From an uncultured delta proteobacterium (lineage in GTDB: Bacteria; Desulfobacterota; Syntrophorhabdia; Syntrophorhabdales; WCHB1-27): DNA of 32,000 nt. The position numbers and the translations under genes are program-made. The stretch's first letter is position 1; the number at the start of each line of letters is the position of its first letter. The DNA lies in contig CAWIHO010000045.1 of the NCBI GenBank assembly GCA_963835605.1, positions 12,713 through 44,712 of the forward strand, read 5' to 3'. The notes beneath the pieces are model-generated. The model saw only the letters and a list, made by a program, of their open reading frames with translations, searched no databases and was not told the DNA's origin. Of this stretch, positions 9,359 to 16,379 are shown piece by piece.

Positions 9359-10321
9359 TTAGCTCCTTTCTTTCCCGAAAAACAGAATCCTTTCCAGACA
9401 TCTGAGCGCCAATCGTCTGGGCGAAACCTCTATCATTTTTCTTCGATACCATGCAGCCCCCCTCATGCTGTCCCTGAGCCGGGCCTCCTTTGACGCCATG
9501 AGGCCTGCCTCAATGAGATTGTGGGTAGTAAGCCTTTCCCCCTTCAAGAATTCTTCAGGACTTTTTACTCGCATCGGCGTTGGAGCGGCGACGCCTAACG
9601 CAATCCTCACTTCGCGACAATATATTTCACTTCGATCAAGGCAATCGAAAAGCTCGTCGAGGGGCGCATTTCTCGTGAATGCGTCCCTCAGTGCCGAGGC
9701 ATCTGCCACTTCCACCGCAAGCATCATAGCTACCCCGAGCATCGCAATTTCCATGGCCTGTCGACGGGCATGCTTCCAGTAGGCGCTCGCTGAATCAGAG
9801 GATAGAGACGGAATGATGAATTCAAGCAACATTTCGTTGTGCTGCAATATCGTCTTGCCGGGCCCGAGGTAAAACTCTCTTAGGGGGAGGTTTCTTTCAC
9901 CGCTCGATCCTTTTATACGAAGCTGAGTATCAAAAACAAGAAGCGGACACGCGGTATCAGCCGAAGGTAAGCCATTTGCGATATTTCCGCCCATCGTTGC
10001 CACATTCCTTATTTGCAGAGAACCAACGTGGTCGACGGCATCAGCAAGAGCCGAAAAACGTTCCCTTATCAGGCCCGACTCTCCAATCTGCCTATGTGTG
10101 GCCAACGCGCCGATCCTCACCCCGTTCTGATGAGGCTCTATGCAATCAAATCCCTTTATGCCCTTCAAGGAGATAAGAAGCTGAGGGGAGAGCTTCCTCT
10201 GCCTTATTCCCACCATTACATCGGTGCCCCCGGCAATGAGCATAGCCCGCCCCGGGTACTGCCGCAAAAGCTCCATCGCCTCCTCGATCGACGATGGTCT
10301 CAGGTAATCAAAATCCATCAT
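9359..10321 (-). CDS. Xanthine-dehydrogenase-family medium subunit, FAD-binding (CoxM/XdhB-like)
   Basis: 320 aa with FAD-binding PCMH-type motifs (LIAGGTDVMV, ATMGGNIA). Sits between the large and small subunit genes. Confidence 0.85.
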   Translation of the reverse strand: MMDFDYLRPSSIEEAMELLRQYPGRAMLIAGGTDVMVGIRQRKLSPQLLISLKGIKGFDCIEPHQNGVRIGALATHRQIGESGLIRERFSALADAVDHVGSLQIRNVATMGGNIANGLPSADTACPLLVFDTQLRIKGSSGERNLPLREFYLGPGKTILQHNEMLLEFIIPSLSSDSASAYWKHARRQAMEIAMLGVAMMLAVEVADASALRDAFTRNAPLDELFDCLDRSEIYCREVRIALGVAAPTPMRVKSPEEFLKGERLTTHNLIEAGLMASKEARLRDSMRGAAWYRRKMIEVSPRRLALRCLERILFFGKERS

Positions 10322-10338
10322 CTATATCCTCCCGCGCT

Positions 10339-12663
10339 TCAGGCGGACGACCCAGTCTTTCCTTCTTCCATTTCGATCAATTTCAGAAGGATTTTCTCCT
10401 GGGTAATGGGAAGATCTTTGAAGCGGATACCCGTCGCCTGGTAAAGGGCATTTGCAATGGCCGCCATTGGGGGAACGATCATGACTTCACCGATCCCTTT
10501 GGCGCCATAAGGTCCCTTGTGATTAGTCACCTCTGTTGCAACCGCAACGATCTCGTCAGGGAGATCTTTAACGGTCGGTATCTTATAATCGACGAAATTT
10601 CGGTTGAGCAACGTTCCCTTCTCGTCATAGATCATGCGTTCGGTAAAGGTCTGCCCGAGAGACATCACGATGGACGACATATTCTGTTGTTCCACATTTA
10701 TCGGGTTTATCACCTTTCCCGCGTCCACGACTCCGACATACTTGATAATCTTTGTACTGCCAGTTTCTCTATCCACTTCTACCTCGACGCCCCCGCTGGC
10801 GCTCATCCAGTAAAAGGAGGCGACACCCTGGGCTGTTCCAGGTTCAATGGTGCCTTTGGTTTGATAAATGCCGCGGCCGGTGAGACTGCCACGATTGACT
10901 CCCGTTCCTTTAACCGCCTGGGCCAGTGGTACAAACCTGTCCGGGATCTCTTTAACGTTAATGGACCCGTCTGAGAATTCCAGATCCACTGTTCCTGCGT
11001 CAAGCATTACCGATGCTGCATCCAAAAGTTGCTTCTTCAGGTCTTCTACGGCAAGAAGGATGGCATTGCCCATGTGGAACGTGGACCGGCTGGAATAGGT
11101 CCCAGTATCGAACGGGGCCACCGTGACGTCCGGGTCGAGCACCAGTACCTTTTCAAGGGGCAGCCCTAATTCTTCTGCAATGATTTGCTTGAATACCGTA
11201 CCAATCCCCTGACCCATCTCTACGGTATTACAGATCAGGTTTGCACTTCCGTCAGCATGCATTTTTATTAACGCGCTTGAAGTGGAGGGCGTGGCAGTGC
11301 CCTTCAAGCCGATTGATAATCCCTTGCCTCGAGATTTAATCTTGTTCGTACTCTCTCTTTTTCCGCCCTGCCACTCAATGCCTTCGGCCGCTTTATCCAA
11401 CAGTTGACCAAAGCCGATATCCTCTATGATCTCTCCCGTGTAAAACGTATCCATATTTTCTAAAACATTCTTTTTTCGAAGCACCAAGGGGTCAACCCCC
11501 AGCTTTTCGGCTATAATATCCATCTGTTGTTCATATGCCCATGCGACCTGCGGAATCCCGAACCCCCGCATCGCACCCGCGGGGACCTTATTTGTATAAA
11601 CGTTGTAAGCATCAATCTTCACATGTGGGATACGATACGGACCTCCGGCAGAAAAACCGCTATTCTTACTCACGACTGGGCCGATGTCAGCATATGCCCC
11701 CTTGTCGAAGTAAATCGCTATTTCACGGGCTACCAGCGTACCATCCTTTTTAACCCCTGTCTTGATTGTTACCCTACTCCCATGTCTCGAGATCGTAAAA
11801 AAATCTTCCTCACGACTGCAGCTTACCTTGACCGGCCGACCCGCTTTCCATGCCAGCGCCACGGCGATCGGCTCCAGTTTAGGTCCTATTTTTGCTCCGA
11901 AGCCTCCTCCAACGTAAGGAACGACCATTCTGATGCTGCTCAGAGGGACGTGAAAAATTTGGGACAATTGTGCCTGGACATTCGATGGATCCTGGTTGTT
12001 TGACCAGAGCTCGATCCGTGGGCCCTCGAGGACTTTCGCCAGACTGCAGTGGGGTTCAAGCGTGGCATGTTGAACGGGCTCCGTGGTAAACGTGTCTTCA
12101 AAGATAAAATCAGACTCTTTAAATCCTTGTTCAACATCCCCATGTCTTAACTTGAAGTGGGTACAAATGTTGGTGCCTTCTATGGGATTCAAAAGTGCTT
12201 TCAAGGGCGGGAGGGGTAAAATCTTGTCGTGAACCAAGGGGGCAGTAGTCGCCAGCGCCTGGTCAATAGTAAAAACGCCGGGTAATTCCTCGTACTCAAT
12301 GCTAATGAATGAAAGGGCCTTTTCCGCGGTAAAGATGTCGATGGCTGCTACAGCCGCTACCGGGTCACCTACATACCGCACCTTATCAATAGCCACGATC
12401 GATTGGTCGGTTATCACCATTCCATAATTGCTGAACCTCCCGTCAACATCGTTCCTGGTTAACACTGCCTTCACGCCAGGGATTTTCTCTGCCTGCGCGG
12501 TATCGATTCTTTTGATTCGGGCATGGGCATAGGGGCTCCGCAAAATCTTGCCATAAAGCATATCGGGTATTTTCAGATCCACGGCAAAGAGTGCTCTTCC
12601 CGTTACTTTTTCAAGAACATCTGAACGAGTTACACGTTTCCCGATATATTTAAAAGTACCCAT
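10339..12663 (-). CDS. Xanthine-dehydrogenase-family large subunit, molybdopterin-binding hydroxylase/aldehyde-oxidase type
   Basis: The track ORF runs to 12720, but I place the start at ATG 12663 (MGTFKYIGKRV...), preceded by GGAGGA. Family motifs are present: VGGGFGAK, AMRGFGIPQ and AKGIGEV with the conserved Glu. Confidence 0.9.
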   Translation of the reverse strand: MGTFKYIGKRVTRSDVLEKVTGRALFAVDLKIPDMLYGKILRSPYAHARIKRIDTAQAEKIPGVKAVLTRNDVDGRFSNYGMVITDQSIVAIDKVRYVGDPVAAVAAIDIFTAEKALSFISIEYEELPGVFTIDQALATTAPLVHDKILPLPPLKALLNPIEGTNICTHFKLRHGDVEQGFKESDFIFEDTFTTEPVQHATLEPHCSLAKVLEGPRIELWSNNQDPSNVQAQLSQIFHVPLSSIRMVVPYVGGGFGAKIGPKLEPIAVALAWKAGRPVKVSCSREEDFFTISRHGSRVTIKTGVKKDGTLVAREIAIYFDKGAYADIGPVVSKNSGFSAGGPYRIPHVKIDAYNVYTNKVPAGAMRGFGIPQVAWAYEQQMDIIAEKLGVDPLVLRKKNVLENMDTFYTGEIIEDIGFGQLLDKAAEGIEWQGGKRESTNKIKSRGKGLSIGLKGTATPSTSSALIKMHADGSANLICNTVEMGQGIGTVFKQIIAEELGLPLEKVLVLDPDVTVAPFDTGTYSSRSTFHMGNAILLAVEDLKKQLLDAASVMLDAGTVDLEFSDGSINVKEIPDRFVPLAQAVKGTGVNRGSLTGRGIYQTKGTIEPGTAQGVASFYWMSASGGVEVEVDRETGSTKIIKYVGVVDAGKVINPINVEQQNMSSIVMSLGQTFTERMIYDEKGTLLNRNFVDYKIPTVKDLPDEIVAVATEVTNHKGPYGAKGIGEVMIVPPMAAIANALYQATGIRFKDLPITQEKILLKLIEMEEGKTGSSA

Positions 12664-12786
12664 AGACCAATTCCTCCGGACAAATTCTCGCCGCAGCCAT
12701 AAGCTGCCCTTGTTGCTCAAGAAAGTGCCAGCAAATAAATGCTATTGATTCAACGCATTGTCAAGAAGTTTTTTGCTTGACAGGGG

Positions 12787-14443
12787 CCCTCTAACGGCCT
12801 GTTGCCCAAATCGCTGAGATAAGTTTCTTCTGGGAAAGACGGCGAGAAAAAAATTGTTCATAATTGTATACAATTTACTTGCATTTATATGGGACGTATG
12901 CTATGCTTCGAAAACGCTCAGAGCAAGGAGATACGGCCTATGATGGGTCATCAGTCCCCGCCTCAGGATCCTCTCTTTTCTGTCAATGTTCAGCTTGAAA
13001 CAAGGGTGCGCACTGACCACCCTCTCCGAAGCGTGAAGGAGCTGATTGATTTCGATTTTGTCTATAACGAGGTAGCCGCTACGTATGGGGAAAACGGCAA
13101 CGTCTCTGTTCCTCCTCCCGTCATCCTGAAGCTCATGCTCCTGCTCATCCTGTACAATGTCCGTTCTGAACGGGAACTGATGGAAACGCTTCCCGAACGG
13201 CTCGATTGGCTCTGGTTCCTGGGCTACACCCTTGATACCGAGATTCCCGATCACAGCGTTCTCTCCAAGGCGCGCACGCGCTGGGGAAAGGAAGCCTTCA
13301 AACACTTCTTTGAACGGATCGTCCTCGCGTGTGTCAAGGCCGGGTTGGTTGACGGAATGAAGATCTTCGTAGATAGCAGCTTCATCGATGCCGATGCGTC
13401 AAACGGCGCTGTTATCGATACCCACGCACTCAGCCGCTACCTCAACGAACGATACCAGGGGTTGGAGAAGCGACTGGAGGAGAAGGAAGTCGCGGAGCCT
13501 CGCACCGACCACGTGGTCAATCGACGCTATCTCTCCACCACCGATCCCGACGCATCCATCGTGCGGCAGGGAAAAGGCGGCGCAAAACTGCAGTATAAGA
13601 CCCACCGGGCCGTTGATGCAGGCTGCGAGATCATTACCGCGGTGGAGGTAACACCCGGTGCCATCAACGAAGGGCACAAGATGGCCTCTCTTATCGACGG
13701 GCACGAGGCAACGACGGACACAAAGATAGCAACAGTCGTTGCCGACAGCCAGTACGGTACCAAAGAGAATTTCCTGCTCTGCCACGATAAAGGGATAGCT
13801 GCCCACATGCCCGTGGTAAAGTACCTCAACGAAGCGTCACGGAAGGGAATATTCTCGGAGGACCAATTTGTCTACGACAGGAAGACCGATACCTTCATAT
13901 GCCCTGCCGGGCAGCCCTTGAAAGGAAGAACGCTCCATGGGCAGAACCGTGAGTACCTTGCCTCACGGAGCGCCTGTCGTTCCTGCCCGCTCAAGCCACA
14001 GTGTACCAGGGCCAGGGTAAGAACCTTACAGCGCCATAGCCGCCAGGAAGCGCTTGACCATATGTTCCTTGAGGCACGAACCCCACAGGCGAAACGCGAC
14101 ATCGCCACCCGCCAATACCTCATGGAACGCTCGTTTGCAAGAAGTACGCGCTATGGATTTGATCGAGCGCGGTGGCGAGGTCTCTGGAGAGTGGCCATCC
14201 AGGAATACTTAGTCTGTGCACTCCAGAACATCATGACGCTCGTGAGGTTCGTACAAAGGCCCACGAGGGGGATACGCACGCTCCCGATCCGAGCAAAGCG
14301 TGTGCTGTACGCGATGACCAGCGGCGTCCTGCGTATCCGATTAATTGTTCCTTTACGACGTGCCCCACAGCGGTGTTCTTCCGTTCGAGATGACGACGAG
14401 CACCACGTGGCTATCCTGGTTTGGGCAACAGGCCGCTAATGGG
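12787..14443 (+). mobile_element. Insertion sequence, IS1182/IS5-like, apparently intact
   Basis: Terminal inverted repeats TAACGGCCTGTTGCCCAAA (12792-12810) and TTTGGGCAACAGGCCGCTA (14420-14438) match at 18 of 19 positions. A further CCC/GGG match lies a few bases outward. They flank a single transposase gene whose stop codon lies inside the right repeat. No target-site duplication was recognised. Confidence 0.8.
12940..14439 (+). CDS. DDE transposase (IS1182/IS5-like; InsH-type N-terminal domain plus C-terminal DDE domain)
   Basis: The track ORF starts at 12889. I prefer ATG 12940 because AAGGAG lies 9 nt upstream. The sequence (PLRSVKELIDF...PPVILKLMLLLILYNVRSERELMETLPERLDWLWFLGY...HSVLSKARTRWG...FVDSSFIDADAS...) is typical of this transposase group. 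Confidence 0.85.
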   Translation: MMGHQSPPQDPLFSVNVQLETRVRTDHPLRSVKELIDFDFVYNEVAATYGENGNVSVPPPVILKLMLLLILYNVRSERELMETLPERLDWLWFLGYTLDTEIPDHSVLSKARTRWGKEAFKHFFERIVLACVKAGLVDGMKIFVDSSFIDADASNGAVIDTHALSRYLNERYQGLEKRLEEKEVAEPRTDHVVNRRYLSTTDPDASIVRQGKGGAKLQYKTHRAVDAGCEIITAVEVTPGAINEGHKMASLIDGHEATTDTKIATVVADSQYGTKENFLLCHDKGIAAHMPVVKYLNEASRKGIFSEDQFVYDRKTDTFICPAGQPLKGRTLHGQNREYLASRSACRSCPLKPQCTRARVRTLQRHSRQEALDHMFLEARTPQAKRDIATRQYLMERSFARSTRYGFDRARWRGLWRVAIQEYLVCALQNIMTLVRFVQRPTRGIRTLPIRAKRVLYAMTSGVLRIRLIVPLRRAPQRCSSVRDDDEHHVAILVWATGR

Positions 14444-14529
14444 TACTAATCCTTGACCTTGGCTTCTCTTGCAGAGTGAAGATTGCCATGCGAAAGTAAG
14501 ACGATGTACCTCTCTAAACACAATTTTTC

Positions 14530-14557
14530 TTGACATGTGGTGTAACCGTGCTACGAT
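14530..14557 (+). promoter_or_regulatory. Candidate sigma70-type promoter driving the riboswitch leader
   Basis: TTGACA-16 nt-TACGAT, ending about 8 nt before the proposed aptamer P1. Confidence 0.5.
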
Positions 14558-14564
14558 TGGATTA

Positions 14565-14665
14565 ATCTGCTAAAACCAAACCATCCGTGAGGATGGGACG
14601 GAAAGCCAGCGGGTCTCAGAGAGGCATCTTGGTAACGCAGCAGTCAGACAGCCGGGCCGCCAGAT
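14565..14665 (+). promoter_or_regulatory. Candidate GEMM-I class (c-di-GMP-I / cGAMP) riboswitch aptamer
   Basis: CAAACC-AUCC-GUGA-GGAU-GGGACGGAAAGCC resembles the recalled Vc2/GEMM-I core (GGCAAACC...GNRA hairpin...GGGACGCAAAGCC). The second helix is symmetric: GCC-AG-CGG-GUCU (14604-14615) pairs with AGAC-AG-CCG-GGC (14646-14657). P1 is AUCUG (14565-69) pairing with CAGAU (14661-65). Not verified with a covariance model. Confidence 0.6.
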
Positions 14666-14687
14666 AAAGGCGGCTCTTCTTTTTTTT
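14654..14687 (+). terminator. Intrinsic terminator forming the riboswitch expression platform
   Basis: 8-bp GC-rich stem GGGCCGCC (14654-61) / GGCGGCUC (14669-76), a 7-nt loop, then UUCUUUUUUUU. The 5' arm overlaps the 3' strands of aptamer P3 and P1, so the two folds are mutually exclusive. Confidence 0.7.
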
Positions 14688-14715
14688 GGAGGTTGAGTCA
14701 GCAGGGAGGTCAACC

Positions 14716-15600
14716 ATGTTCAAGCCTAAAGGTCTGCTCTTCGTCGTAGCTCTTCTGTGCGTTCTTTTCGTTACCCCGTTCCACCAAGCGAGTGCCCAGG
14801 AATCGAAGGCGCCCTTGGGCCAGGTCCAGGCCCAGCCGTCCGATGAGGTCGTCTGGCAGCGGTTTCTGGCATGGATGCCGAGCGCTACGGCGGCGGGTGG
14901 CGCACTGCCCGTGATAAACGAATACCTTGCTCAACTGACCTCCGCCGGCACTCCGGCCGCAGAAATCGACCGCCAGAGAAGCGTGATCTCCCGCATGATG
15001 AAGGAAAGGCCGGAGGGCCAGCGTATCCTTTACAACAAGACGTACACAAGCAGCAGCCCTCAGTTCACGACGCAGCCGAATGCGCTCCTGGTCTCGACGG
15101 TCGAAGGCCGCAAACCGGGGCGTGCCCTGGACGTCGGCATGGGCCAGGGCCGGAACGCGCTGTTTCTTGCCATGAAAGGCTGGGACGTCACCGGGTTCGA
15201 CATTTCTGATGAGGGTATAGCGGTGGCCCGCAAGAACGCCGAACGTGCCGGGGTGAAGGTCAACGCGGTCCAACAGACCGTCGAGGCCTTCGACTATGGC
15301 ATCGACCAGTGGGACCTGATCGTCTTCGTGTACGAGCCATTTCCGGTGACCTCGGCGGCGTATGTCGAGCGCCTGCGCAAGTCGCTAAAGACAGGCGGGC
15401 TTTTCGTGTTTGAAACCCATGCTGCGGAGCCCGGCAAGCCCCGTCCCACAATTGCCGTCGATGACCCTCTTCAGGTATTGGCCGCCTTCAAGGATTTTCG
15501 GCTCCTTTACTTCCAGGATACCGTCACAAGGCCCGACTGGCCGGCACGAGAGGGTGAGGAGAGCCGTATCGTCCGTATGGTCGTCGAGAAGCGGCCGTAA
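14716..15600 (+). CDS. Class I SAM-dependent methyltransferase-fold protein (TehB-like) with N-terminal Sec-type signal peptide
   Basis: The track ORF starts at TTG 14686. I prefer ATG 14716, which has GGGAGG 6 nt upstream. The N-terminus MFKPKGLLFVVALLCVLFVTPFHQASA/QE looks like a signal peptide with an AXA site. SAM motif I is LDVGMGQGRNALFLA. Confidence 0.8.
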   Translation: MFKPKGLLFVVALLCVLFVTPFHQASAQESKAPLGQVQAQPSDEVVWQRFLAWMPSATAAGGALPVINEYLAQLTSAGTPAAEIDRQRSVISRMMKERPEGQRILYNKTYTSSSPQFTTQPNALLVSTVEGRKPGRALDVGMGQGRNALFLAMKGWDVTGFDISDEGIAVARKNAERAGVKVNAVQQTVEAFDYGIDQWDLIVFVYEPFPVTSAAYVERLRKSLKTGGLFVFETHAAEPGKPRPTIAVDDPLQVLAAFKDFRLLYFQDTVTRPDWPAREGEESRIVRMVVEKRP

Positions 15601-15713
15601 TTCGCGATTACCTAGTGAAAGCTGGTACCAGAGCAAGACATAGTAAGGTAACGCTTGCAGGAAGATCTCTTGCTTGAAGGTCTATGGAGAACATCTCAGC
15701 TGATTTGATACTT

Positions 15714-16379
15714 TCACCGTACCTTTACCGCTTTAACATAATCCACAGGTGGATTGGCTACCCTGGATGTATCCTTCATCCTTTCAACTAGGACGACCTT
15801 GAAGCCTGTACTCTCCAACTTGTCACGGAGCACAGGCTGACTGAGCAACTTCGGTATAGGCATTATTGTGTGACTTATCCTGAAGCCAGAGTAATAAGCC
15901 CGAATCACGAAAATCAGAAAATACGCCAGGTTCAATCCGGTGGTCAAATTCGCGATGATCAGGGTACCCCCTGGCTTCAGGATTCGCTTCATCTCAGACA
16001 GGGTTTTATCAGGATTCTCCACGTGATGAAGGACCAAGCTCATAATGGCAGTATCGAACTCCCTATCCAGAAAGGTGGTGCTCTGACAGTCGGCCACCTG
16101 AAACTGAACATTCGTGAAGCCCGTTACGTTCTCCTTCGCCAGCCGTACCATGTCGTCAGATAAATCCGTCGCAATCAGACTATCCGCTTTCCCTGCAAGG
16201 ACCTTTGTCATAAAGCCTGTTCCACAGCCGAACTCTGCTACCTTACCCAGACGCCCTTCCGCACTAAGCTTTTCTCTTATCAGCGAGAGCGTGTTCTTCC
16301 CCAACATCGCATCTGCCAGAGCCTCATATTGTGGCGATACCTGCGACCAATATGCATATCCCCCTTGTGTAACAGTCAT
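15714..16379 (-). CDS. Class I SAM-dependent methyltransferase (UbiE/Methyltransf_11-like)
   Basis: 221 aa with motif I VAEFGCGTGFMTKVLA and a post-I acidic residue (ATDLS). Confidence 0.8.
   Translation of the reverse strand: MTVTQGGYAYWSQVSPQYEALADAMLGKNTLSLIREKLSAEGRLGKVAEFGCGTGFMTKVLAGKADSLIATDLSDDMVRLAKENVTGFTNVQFQVADCQSTTFLDREFDTAIMSLVLHHVENPDKTLSEMKRILKPGGTLIIANLTTGLNLAYFLIFVIRAYYSGFRISHTIMPIPKLLSQPVLRDKLESTGFKVVLVERMKDTSRVANPPVDYVKAVKVR

Noticed and set aside
9359-10321. Calling the L-M-S operon 4-hydroxybenzoyl-CoA reductase (hcrABC)
   Set aside because: The medium subunit lacks the Cys-rich loop that I recall binds the extra [4Fe-4S] cluster in HcrB, and the gene order differs. 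I kept the generic family call.
10294-10974. 226-aa plus-strand ORF opposite the hydroxylase large subunit; likewise 11527..12003+
   Set aside because: Antisense shadow ORFs of a well-supported 774-aa gene.
12715-12730. Sigma-54-like element on the minus strand (TGGCACtttcTTGAGC) upstream of the hydroxylase large-subunit start
   Set aside because: The spacing between the GG and the putative GC/TTGC element is off by one, and the -12 element is poor (TTGA rather than TTGC). Sigma-54 promoters are intolerant of this, and no enhancer-binding protein gene is nearby.
12776-14457. CTTGAC on both sides of the IS1182-like element as a target-site duplication
   Set aside because: The two copies lie at different distances from the inverted repeats (5 vs 8 nt) and not directly abutting them, so this is probably coincidence.
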